Part shown: one piece after another, positions 53,169 through 61,820 of the stretch
Layout: each line of letters opens with the position of its first letter
Position numbering within the stretch: position 1 is the stretch's first letter
From: an uncultured Chryseobacterium sp.
GTDB lineage: Bacteria > Bacteroidota > Bacteroidia > Flavobacteriales_F > PHOS-HE28
Direction: 5' to 3'
Length of the DNA stretch: 64,000 nucleotides
Assembly (NCBI GenBank): GCA_964649165.1
Contig: CAZYPC010000007.1
Span: 10,557-74,556 of the forward strand
Translations under genes and position numbers: made by a program
Notes under the pieces: model-generated
What the model was told of the DNA's origin: nothing
What the model saw: the letters and a program-made list of their open reading frames with translations, nothing else
Databases searched by the model: none

Positions 53169-54359
53169 CTACCTCAGCACCTCCTTCACCCTATCCGCCG
53201 CTTCCTGCAGCGCCACCGCGCTCAGCACCTTCAGCCCGCTCTTATCGATCAGTTGCTTGGCCTCTTCCGCGTTGGTGCCTTGCAGGCGCACGATGATCGG
53301 CACCTTGATGTCGCCGATGCTGTGGTACGCGTCGATCACGCCTTGCGCCACGCGGTCGCAACGCACGATGCCGCCGAAGATGTTCACCAGGATCGCCTTC
53401 ACGCTGGGGTCCTTCAGGATGATGCGGAAGCCCTTCTCCACGCGCGCCGCATCGGCCGTACCGCCGACGTCGAGGAAATTCGCCGGTTCACCACCGCTGA
53501 GTTTGATGATGTCCATCGTGGCCATCGCGAGGCCGGCGCCGTTCACCATGCAGCCCACGTTGCCGTCGAGTTTCACGTAGTTGAGGCCCGCTTCACCGGC
53601 CTCCACTTCGATGGGATCCTCCTCGGTCTTGTCGCGCATCTCGGCGTAGTCCGGGTGACGGTAGAGCGCATTGCCGTCCAGGCGCACCTTGGCGTCCACG
53701 GCGATCACCTTGTCGTCGCTGGTCTTCAGCACGGGGTTGATCTCGAACATGGCGGCGTCGCAACCCTCATAGGCGCGGTAGAGGTCGCCGATGAACTTCA
53801 TCATGGCCTTCTTGGCCGTACCTGTGCAGCCCAGGGCCGTCGCGATCTTGTTGCACTGGAAGGGGCGCAGGCCCACACGCGGGTCCACGAACTCCTTCTG
53901 GATCTTCTCCGGATGGTGCTCGGCCACCTCTTCGATGTCCATGCCGCCCTCGGTGCTGTACACGATCACATTCCTCGCGCTGGCGCGGTCCAGCAGTACG
54001 CTCATGTAATACTCCTTCGTTTCGCTGGCACCGGGGTAGTACACGTCCTCCGCGATGAGCACCTTGTGTACCTTCTTCCCCTGGGGCGGCGTCTGCGGGC
54101 TCTTCAGCATCATGCCGATGATGGCATCGCTCTTCTCGCGCACCTCGTCGTAGCTCTTGGCCAGCTTGATGCCGCCGCCCTTGCCGCGCCCGCCGGCGTG
54201 GATCTGCGCCTTCACCACCCACCACTTCGTACCGGTCTCCTGGCTCAGGCGCTTGGCCGCGTCCACGGCCTCATCCGCGTTGTAGGCCACGATGCCGCGC
54301 TGGACGGTGACGCCGTGTTTCTGGAGGATGCTCTTGCCTTGATACTCGTGCAGGTTCAT
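53169..54359 (-). CDS. sucC: Succinate--CoA ligase (ADP-forming) beta subunit
   Basis: MNLHEYQGKSILQKHGV, ATP-grasp, and C-terminal CoA-ligase motif GGIVRCD. Confidence 0.95.
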   Translation of the reverse strand: MNLHEYQGKSILQKHGVTVQRGIVAYNADEAVDAAKRLSQETGTKWWVVKAQIHAGGRGKGGGIKLAKSYDEVREKSDAIIGMMLKSPQTPPQGKKVHKVLIAEDVYYPGASETKEYYMSVLLDRASARNVIVYSTEGGMDIEEVAEHHPEKIQKEFVDPRVGLRPFQCNKIATALGCTGTAKKAMMKFIGDLYRAYEGCDAAMFEINPVLKTSDDKVIAVDAKVRLDGNALYRHPDYAEMRDKTEEDPIEVEAGEAGLNYVKLDGNVGCMVNGAGLAMATMDIIKLSGGEPANFLDVGGTADAARVEKGFRIILKDPSVKAILVNIFGGIVRCDRVAQGVIDAYHSIGDIKVPIIVRLQGTNAEEAKQLIDKSGLKVLSAVALQEAADRVKEVLR

Positions 54360-54422
54360 TCGTTGGTCGCTATGGGCGGCCGCGAAGTAAGTACCCGGAG
54401 GCGAAGTGCGACGACGCGACTT

Positions 54423-57400
54423 TTACCGGGCGTGCTTCACGCATCGGCGGGTGATCACGGCCCCACCATCCACCAGGCGCAGCAGATAGATACCGTCGGG
54501 CAGCGCACCGATAGGGATGTGCACGCGATCCATGCCGCGCAAGGGCACACGCATCATCTGGCGTCCGGTGACATCGAGGAAGTCCACGTAGGCATCCCCG
54601 CTGGTGCTGTGTCCAGCTCGGATCTCCACCTCCTCATCCGCCGGATTGGGCATCACGTCAAAGCCGATCCCGGGCTGTTCCAGGACGCCGGTGGACGGAT
54701 CCTGCACCAACCGCACATTGTCGATGAAGAAGGCGTTGCCATCATTGCTCTCACCGGCGAACCCGAACCGGAGGTGCGCGGAGGGTGCGATACCGGAGAG
54801 GAATACGGTGTCCGTGGCCCATTCGCCGCTGTCCGGGAACCAAAGGAAGTTGCTGGGCTCCGCGGTGCCGAGCCCGAGGCCTCCGCGCACATACAACACC
54901 GGCCCGATGAGCTCACAGATGTCGGTCGCGTACACGCGCAACGAATCGTAGGTACTGGGGGAGAGCGAGGGCTGATAGGCCCGATCGAAGAGGAGCATCC
55001 AACCGCTCGGGTCGCTGAGGTCGAAGGCGGGCGTCATGAGGACCTCCCATCCATAGAGGCTCGTGGGCGTGTCGAATTGGGCGGAAGAGGGACTGAGGCC
55101 GTAACCACCGCCGCTCGCGGAGGTCGCCCGTTTCCAACCGTTGTAGGGGTTCTGGTTCGGATCCCACCAGAACCAGCCCGTCGGAGGGAAACCCGGATCC
55201 TCGAATCCTTCGCTCCATGGCAGGGCCATCATCGGTACGTCCACCGTGATCAGATCCGGGTACACCACCGTATCCGCGCCGTTGGCGGTCTGGAGCACGA
55301 GGGTAACGTCGAATACCCCTTCCGCATCGTACTGAATGGTGGGCGACGGTTCCGTGGAGGTGGCGGGACTTCCGCCTTCGAAGGTCCACTGGTACACCGA
55401 TCCGAAACCGGGGCCGCTGAACAGGCTGTTGTCGAAGAAGCGGACCGTTTGGCCGGGGCAGATGCTGGTGCGCGAGGCGATCGCGGCGGCCGTGGGCGGC
55501 CCGTCGAGGTCCACCTCGGTGCTGGTCTGCCACAAACCTCTGCCGTACGTGGCCACCATGGCCTGCTGGCTGATCGGATGAACGGCCATGTCCGAAATGC
55601 CACCCCGCAAACCGTTGTCCGCCGGTTGCCAGTTGCTGAAGCGGTCATCGATGTAGAACAACGCGTTGCCTTGCGCCACCAAAAGGCCATCGTGCCCGTT
55701 CTCCACGCGTGCGATGCGGATGCCGTTGGCCGCCGGGAGATCGATGGTGTTCAGTTCGTTCCAGGTGGCTCCCCCATCGCTGGTATGATGCACGTACGTA
55801 TGGAGGTTGCCTCCGACGCTCCAGATGCGGTCCGGATCGGCGGGATCCACGGTGAGGCAGCGGATGGGCCGCACGGGCGGGTTCAGCGACGACCAGGTGG
55901 CCCCGCCGTCCTGGGAGCGGTGGTACGCCGTGTAGATGTGCTGCGTGGCCGTGGGATGAACAAGCAGGAAACCACCGCCCGCATCCTGGGCGAACCCGGA
56001 AACTTGAAGGTAATTGAGGCCGCCATTGGTGCTCTTGAACACATTCTGTCGGAGGGCGTACACCACGTCGCCATCGGACGGATCGATCGCCACGGGCTTG
56101 TCGGCGGAGAATCCGTACCCGCTCTCGGTGATCCCGTTAACCGCGTAGTTCAATTGTAGCGACGGATCCAAGGACACGTCCGGGTGACCGTATTGGGATG
56201 TCCCGATCACGTGGTATGGATCATTGGCGTCCACGGCCACGTTGTAGCCATCGCCGGCACCGTACGTACGCCATTGGCCATCCAAGTGCAGGGCGAACGC
56301 GTTGTGTACGGCTCCGAACACGATCACCTCGGGATCCGTGGGCGACCAGTCGAAGTCGGTGATCGGTGAGAGGATGAGGTTGTTGGTGCGGTCCTCCCAG
56401 CTGACCCCGTCATCCAGGGAGCGATAGACACCGCCATCGTTGCAGGACCAGGGCACGCCATCGTTGACAAGGAAGGCCCGCGTATCCACGTGCATGTAGT
56501 CAGGCAATTGGAAATCACCTTGATGGACCGCCTGCCAGGTGAGTCCCCCATCGGTGGAGCGGCGCAGGAAGATACCGCCCATGAACACCAGGTCCGGATC
56601 GGTCGGTGACGCCTCGAACGTGATCAGGCCCCCGGAAGCACGCACCAGATCGGAGGCGGACGGGGAGTTGAACGTGAGTCCCCCATCCAGGGACATCACC
56701 ACGCGACCGGTACCGGTGCCTTCCGCACCGGGATGCAGCACATACACCCGGTCCGGATCGGCGGCGCTCACCGCGATGGCCCGCGCGGTGTTCGGATCCG
56801 GGAGCGCAGTGAGCGTGTCGAAGGTGATGCCGCCATCGGTGCTGCGCATGAGGAAGTCGGCGTTGCCGTTCCCTGTCCGGGTGCGTATCGCGTACCAGAC
56901 GGAATGGTCATCGGTCCGCGAGGTCGCGTCCAACAGGGTGGACTCGTTCAGACCGGACCAGGTCTGTCCACCATCCGTGGTGCGCAGCGTTCGTCCATAG
57001 GTGATGAGGTCGATGACCTGCGTATCCTCCGGGTCGATGATGATGCGCGCGCCATACAACAAAGACGGATCCTCGGAAAGCAGTTCGCTCCAGTTGTCGC
57101 CCCCGTCCGTGGACTTCAGGAATCTGCCGCCGATCAGGAGGTACACCACGTTCCCGTCCACCGGATCGAATGCCGGCACCGCACTGAGGTCGGGGAGGTC
57201 GGCGACTTCGTGCCAGGTCTGCCCCCGATCCGCCGTGCGCCAGGTGCCGCTGCTCCAGGTACCGATGAACATGATGCTGTCGTTGGTGGGATGGACGGCC
57301 AGGGCACCCACCACCCCGAGGCCCGTGAGCGTGGTATCCATGGTGGGGCCGATGCAGGTCCACGTGCCCATCTGGGAGCGCTCTCCGGAGCGGGCGCGCC

Positions 57401-57710
57401 GCTCCTGGAACTCCCGCCACGCCCGCTGATAGCTCTGTGTGCCGTCCGCGTGCAACCGGGTATCCGCCTCCTGGCGCCAGCGGAGGTAGCGCTTCTCCAG
57501 CTTGCGGAATCGTTTCAGGGTCGGATCCTCCTCCGCACGCCCCACGACGTTCGCGCGGGCACTGTCCGCCCATTGCCGGAACGCTTCGTCCACCGCGAAC
57601 ACTTGGGCACGCGGATCGGCAAGTTGATGGAGCCAGGCCTCCTGCGCGCGGAGGGGCGAAAGCATAAGCAGGGTGAGCAGGGCCAGGAAGGTGGTACGTG
57701 TCCGGTGCAT
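54423..57710 (-). CDS. Large BNR/Asp-box (sortilin/VPS10-like) repeat protein with PKD-like domain and T9SS C-terminal domain
   Basis: 1095 aa. Signal [23 protein letters not shown]. Repeated SxDxGxTW boxes ([56 protein letters not shown]). PKD-like [16 protein letters not shown]: [12 protein letters not shown]...GIYLLRL. Confidence 0.85.
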   Translation of the reverse strand: MHRTRTTFLALLTLLMLSPLRAQEAWLHQLADPRAQVFAVDEAFRQWADSARANVVGRAEEDPTLKRFRKLEKRYLRWRQEADTRLHADGTQSYQRAWREFQERRARSGERSQMGTWTCIGPTMDTTLTGLGVVGALAVHPTNDSIMFIGTWSSGTWRTADRGQTWHEVADLPDLSAVPAFDPVDGNVVYLLIGGRFLKSTDGGDNWSELLSEDPSLLYGARIIIDPEDTQVIDLITYGRTLRTTDGGQTWSGLNESTLLDATSRTDDHSVWYAIRTRTGNGNADFLMRSTDGGITFDTLTALPDPNTARAIAVSAADPDRVYVLHPGAEGTGTGRVVMSLDGGLTFNSPSASDLVRASGGLITFEASPTDPDLVFMGGIFLRRSTDGGLTWQAVHQGDFQLPDYMHVDTRAFLVNDGVPWSCNDGGVYRSLDDGVSWEDRTNNLILSPITDFDWSPTDPEVIVFGAVHNAFALHLDGQWRTYGAGDGYNVAVDANDPYHVIGTSQYGHPDVSLDPSLQLNYAVNGITESGYGFSADKPVAIDPSDGDVVYALRQNVFKSTNGGLNYLQVSGFAQDAGGGFLLVHPTATQHIYTAYHRSQDGGATWSSLNPPVRPIRCLTVDPADPDRIWSVGGNLHTYVHHTSDGGATWNELNTIDLPAANGIRIARVENGHDGLLVAQGNALFYIDDRFSNWQPADNGLRGGISDMAVHPISQQAMVATYGRGLWQTSTEVDLDGPPTAAAIASRTSICPGQTVRFFDNSLFSGPGFGSVYQWTFEGGSPATSTEPSPTIQYDAEGVFDVTLVLQTANGADTVVYPDLITVDVPMMALPWSEGFEDPGFPPTGWFWWDPNQNPYNGWKRATSASGGGYGLSPSSAQFDTPTSLYGWEVLMTPAFDLSDPSGWMLLFDRAYQPSLSPSTYDSLRVYATDICELIGPVLYVRGGLGLGTAEPSNFLWFPDSGEWATDTVFLSGIAPSAHLRFGFAGESNDGNAFFIDNVRLVQDPSTGVLEQPGIGFDVMPNPADEEVEIRAGHSTSGDAYVDFLDVTGRQMMRVPLRGMDRVHIPIGALPDGIYLLRLVDGGAVITRRCVKHAR

Positions 57711-57814
57711 GGTGGTCGGCGTTCCGATCGCAAGACGAAGAAAACGCTTCGGGGTGGCCGATCGTCCTGCTGCCCCGGGCCCGTGTTCCCGGACTTCTCC
57801 CCTTCTTTGTGCGG

Positions 57815-58462
57815 ATGATCGAAGCGAAGGCCTTGCGCAAGCGGTACGGTAGCCTGGAGGTGTTGAAGGGCGTGGACCTTCATGTGAGGAAGGGCGAGAT
57901 CGTGAGCATCGTGGGCGCCAGCGGCGCGGGCAAGACCACCCTGCTGCAGATCCTGGGCACCTTGGAGGACGCGGACAGCGGCACGCTCACCATCGGTAGC
58001 GAGCCCGTGACGGGCCTGCGCGCGAACGCGCTGAGCGCCTTCCGCAACAAGCACATCGGCTTCGTGTTCCAGTTCCACCAGCTGCTGCCGGAGTTCACGG
58101 CATTGGAGAACGTGATGATGCCGGGGCTGATCGCGGGGAAAAGCCAGGGCGACTGCCGGCCGCGCGCGGAGGAACTGCTCTCCCGCTTGAACGTGATCGC
58201 GCGGAAGGAGCACAAGCCCAACCAGCTCAGCGGGGGTGAGCAACAGCGCGTGGCCGTGGCGCGCGCCCTCTTCAACAGCCCGAGCGTGGTGCTCGCGGAC
58301 GAGCCCAGCGGCAACCTCGATTCCACGCATGCGCGCGAGCTGCATCAGCTCTTCTTCGACCTGCGGAAAGAGCTTGGTCAGACCTTCGTGATCGTGACGC
58401 ACAACGAGGAGCTGGCCGACATGGCCGACCGGAAGCTGACGATCAAGGACGGGGTGATCTGA
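57815..58462 (+). CDS. ABC transporter ATP-binding protein (LolD/MacB-type)
   Basis: Track ORF is 57698..58462. Start moved to ATG 57815 ([12 protein letters not shown]). Walker [10 protein letters not shown], signature [15 protein letters not shown], Walker [13 protein letters not shown]. Confidence 0.9.
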   Translation: MIEAKALRKRYGSLEVLKGVDLHVRKGEIVSIVGASGAGKTTLLQILGTLEDADSGTLTIGSEPVTGLRANALSAFRNKHIGFVFQFHQLLPEFTALENVMMPGLIAGKSQGDCRPRAEELLSRLNVIARKEHKPNQLSGGEQQRVAVARALFNSPSVVLADEPSGNLDSTHARELHQLFFDLRKELGQTFVIVTHNEELADMADRKLTIKDGVI

Positions 58463-59014
58463 ATGAACGTCATCCAGCACACGCCGCACATCTGGACCGT
58501 CCCCGGTTTCTGGGACCGCATGGCCTGCTTCGAGATGATCCAGCGCAGTGAGGCCCTAGGCTTCGAGGAGGCGAAGGTGAACACGGGCCGTGGAGCGCGC
58601 GTGGTGAAGGATGTGCGGAACAATGACCGCGTGCTCTTCACCGATGAGGCGCTCGCGGGAAAGCTCTGGGACGAGGCGCGGACCTTCGTGCCCGCGCGCA
58701 TCGGCGATTCATCGGCGATCGGGCTGAACGAGATGTTCCGGTTCTACCGCTACACCCCGGGTCAACAGTTCAGGAAGCACCGCGATGAGAGCTTCATCCG
58801 CAATGACAGCGAGGCGAGCTACTACACCTTCATGATCTACCTGAACGATGGCTTCGGCGGCGGTGCCACCACGTTCAACGACGTGGCCATTCGCCCGGCG
58901 GCGGGCACTGCCCTCATCTTCCTGCACGATCTGGAGCACTCGGGCGACCCGGTGACGAGCGGCAAGAAGTACGTGCTGCGGACGGATGTGATGTACCGGC
59001 TGCCGGGTGCCTGA
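58463..59014 (+). CDS. 2OG-Fe(II) oxygenase, prolyl 4-hydroxylase-like
   Basis: FRKHRDES (HxD), GGATTF, later HSG and KYVLRTDVMY (2OG-binding R). The ATG directly abuts the ABC ATPase stop codon (TGAATG). Confidence 0.8.
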   Translation: MNVIQHTPHIWTVPGFWDRMACFEMIQRSEALGFEEAKVNTGRGARVVKDVRNNDRVLFTDEALAGKLWDEARTFVPARIGDSSAIGLNEMFRFYRYTPGQQFRKHRDESFIRNDSEASYYTFMIYLNDGFGGGATTFNDVAIRPAAGTALIFLHDLEHSGDPVTSGKKYVLRTDVMYRLPGA

Positions 59015-59152
59015 TCTTGCAGCGCAAGAATGGACTGGCCGCACCGGAGTTCCATCCGGAGAGATCAACGGTGAGCTGATCGGGAATGGTCATCCGGGGC
59101 GGCAACTTGTCCGCCGCTGTACGTCTAATTTCCGGAACCCAGAGCTGAACGC

Positions 59153-61669
59153 ATGCAACGCACCATCATCCTATCGGCCCTTTTCGCGCTGAACCTGTTC
59201 CCGGCCTTCAGTCAGTTCGGAGCCAACGACCCGACGTTCAACCCGGCGGATATGGGCTTTGGGCAGGGCGTGGGCGCGCGTTCGGGCATCGTGATGGCAT
59301 CCGCCGTGCAACCGGACGGCCGGATCCTGATCGCAGGCTCCCACCCCACCTATAATGTTCGGGGCCGCGGTTGGATCAGCCGGGCGAACGCGGACGGAAG
59401 CGTGGATGCTTCGTTCAACCCGAGCGGTCAAGGACCCGATGGGCACGTGTATGCCCTGGCCCTTCAAGACGACGGAAAGATCCTGGTCGGTGGCTATTTC
59501 ACCACCTGCGGCACGCCCGATGATGCTTGTTTGCGGCTGGCCCGGTTGGATACCGACGGAACGTGGGACCCCGCCTTCACCGGCAGTGTAGGTGGCGGGG
59601 CGACGTACGTGAACAGCATCGTGGTGCAACCGGACGGGAAGATCCTGGTCGGTGGCTCCTTCCAGTACGTGAGCGGTCAATCACGCAACGGCATCGGCCG
59701 GATCCTGGCTACCGGGGCGATCGACGCCACGTTCAACCCCGGTAGCGGGGTGAACGGCATCGTGAACGGCATCGCGCTTCAACCGGATGGCAAGATCATC
59801 ATCGTGGGCAACTTCACCACGTGCAATGGGACCGCCCGGCCCCGTGTGGCCCGGCTCAACGCGGATGGCAGCCTGGACAGCTCCTTCGATCCGGGTACCG
59901 GAGCGGACATGCAGGTGCGCACCTGTGCTGTGCGCCCCGATGGAAAGATCCTGATCGGGGGGGACCTCACCACGTACGATGGCACCCTGGTAGGCCACCT
60001 CGTTCAGTTGAACGCGGACGGCACGGTGGACCCGTCCTTCGACCCCGGAAGCGGCGCGGACGCCGGCATCTACAGCATCAGTCCGCTGCCCGACGGTACT
60101 TGCCTGGTGGCCGGCTCGTTCATCACCTTCGCTGGCGCCGCCCGTCCGGGTCTGGTCCGGTTGCAGGCCGACGGTACGCTGGACCCCGCCTTCAACGCGA
60201 TGGCCACCGCTGGAGCGAGCGTACGGACCACGACCTGGACGCCGGATGGGCGGATCATCGCAGGCGGCGACTTCTGGACCCTGGGCGGTGAACCGTGCAC
60301 CAACCTCGCGAAGTTGGACGCGCCGGGCACCATGGTCCCCGGGTTCAATCCCGTCTCCGCGTGCAACAGCGGCGTATCGGATTGCCACGTCCTGGAGGAC
60401 GGCAGGATCCTGTTGTCGGGGTATTTCACCGCGTACTTCGACCAGCAGGCCTTCCGGATCATCCGCCTGCTGCCGGATGGGGAACGCGATCCGACGTTCG
60501 ACAGCGGCTCCGGTGCGGACGGGGGGATCAATGCGCTGTTGGTGGACCCGGAAGGCCGGATCATCATCGTGGGTTCGTTCTGGAACTATAACGGTACACC
60601 CCGGCGCGGGATCGCCCGGCTGGATGCGGACGGGACCCTCGATCCGTCGTTCGACCCCGGCACCGGTCCCAACGGTACGGTCCGGTCCGCGGCCTTCAGC
60701 GAGGACGGGATGATCGTGATCGCCGGTGAATTCTACAGCTACGATGGGATACCGCGCAAGCATGTGGCGCGGATCCAGGCGGATGGCGGCCTGGATACGA
60801 CCTTCGATCCGGGCGTCGGTCCTTCCAACTATGTGGAAGCGTGCGCGGTGCAACCGGATGGCAAGACCGTGATCGCCGGTCGGTTCAGCACCTATGCCGG
60901 GGTGAACATCAAGGGGCTGGCGCGCCTGGAAGCGGACGGAACGCTCGATGCCGGTTTCCTCATCGGGCCGGGCCTGGGCGGGCTGGGCATGGCCACCACC
61001 TGCGCGCTCCAGGACGATGGCAGGATACTGGTGAGCGGCGTGTTCTCCTCCGTGAACGGTATACCGGCCGTTTACCGGGCGCGCCTGCTCGCGGATGGCA
61101 CGGTGGATCCGACCTTCACCTGCACCGCACCGATCGATGGTCCGATCCGCGAGTTCCTGATCCAGAGCGACGGCCGGATCCTCGCGGGCGGCTCCTTCAC
61201 CACCCACGATGGCCTCACCACGCCTCATCTGCTCCGCTTCAACAGCGACGGAACGCTGGACCCTACCTTCGAGGTCGGCGCCGGCACCGATGGCGATGTG
61301 TACGCGTTGGCCGAGCAAGCGCCGGACCGCCTGTTGGTCGGAGGTTTGTTCACCTCGTATGACGTCACCGGCCGGAACTTCATCGCCCGGGTCTTGAATG
61401 CTGCTTCCACATCGGTCGCGGAGGTGGAACTCGAGGAAGGAACACCCTACCCCAACCCGACGGACGGTGTTTTCAGCATCACGCTTGAAGCGGGGACGAC
61501 AGCGGTCACCGTTCATGACGCGATGGGACAACTGGTTCTGCAGCGGTCCCTCGCGCCTGCGCAGTACAGCACGCAACGCATCGATCTCGGATCACGCTCG
61601 TCAGGCGTGTATTGTGTCACGGTCCTTGGTCCCGATCACATGCGCATCACCCGACTGGTCAAACACTAG
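59153..61669 (+). CDS. Delta-60 repeat (DUF5122-type beta-propeller) protein with T9SS C-terminal domain
   Basis: 838 aa. Signal MQRTIILSALFALNLFPAFSQ. 14 repeats of about 50 aa (ARLxADGSLDxSFDPGxG...VQPDGKILIGGxF). CTD: PYPNPTDGVFSITL...GVYCVTV. Confidence 0.85.
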   Translation: MQRTIILSALFALNLFPAFSQFGANDPTFNPADMGFGQGVGARSGIVMASAVQPDGRILIAGSHPTYNVRGRGWISRANADGSVDASFNPSGQGPDGHVYALALQDDGKILVGGYFTTCGTPDDACLRLARLDTDGTWDPAFTGSVGGGATYVNSIVVQPDGKILVGGSFQYVSGQSRNGIGRILATGAIDATFNPGSGVNGIVNGIALQPDGKIIIVGNFTTCNGTARPRVARLNADGSLDSSFDPGTGADMQVRTCAVRPDGKILIGGDLTTYDGTLVGHLVQLNADGTVDPSFDPGSGADAGIYSISPLPDGTCLVAGSFITFAGAARPGLVRLQADGTLDPAFNAMATAGASVRTTTWTPDGRIIAGGDFWTLGGEPCTNLAKLDAPGTMVPGFNPVSACNSGVSDCHVLEDGRILLSGYFTAYFDQQAFRIIRLLPDGERDPTFDSGSGADGGINALLVDPEGRIIIVGSFWNYNGTPRRGIARLDADGTLDPSFDPGTGPNGTVRSAAFSEDGMIVIAGEFYSYDGIPRKHVARIQADGGLDTTFDPGVGPSNYVEACAVQPDGKTVIAGRFSTYAGVNIKGLARLEADGTLDAGFLIGPGLGGLGMATTCALQDDGRILVSGVFSSVNGIPAVYRARLLADGTVDPTFTCTAPIDGPIREFLIQSDGRILAGGSFTTHDGLTTPHLLRFNSDGTLDPTFEVGAGTDGDVYALAEQAPDRLLVGGLFTSYDVTGRNFIARVLNAASTSVAEVELEEGTPYPNPTDGVFSITLEAGTTAVTVHDAMGQLVLQRSLAPAQYSTQRIDLGSRSSGVYCVTVLGPDHMRITRLVKH
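59225..61390 (+). repeat. Intragenic array of about 150-bp coding repeats (14 delta-60 units)
   Basis: I counted the repeats by their DG(K/R)I(L/I)xxG cores. The DNA copies are diverged, not identical. Confidence 0.7.
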
Positions 61670-61820
61670 GCAACGCCAATGGGCAACCGGACAAGGCCGA
61701 ACCAGGCCCAGCTAACTTGGTACACCGCACCATGGCCCCGATAGATCCATCGCCTGACCTGCCAACGAGGCGGCCCGGTACCTGGTGACCCGTGTATCTT
61801 GCTTGAACAACTCCGTACGC

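Noticed and set aside
53142-56159. 1005-aa plus-strand ORF, the longest ORF in the track
   Set aside because: It runs antisense across two independently well-supported minus-strand genes (sucC, and the BNR protein with Asp-box repeats and a T9SS CTD) and across their intergenic gap. The translation is Arg/Ala/Gly/His/Val-rich with no recognisable motif. This is the typical stop-poor antisense frame of a high-GC genome.
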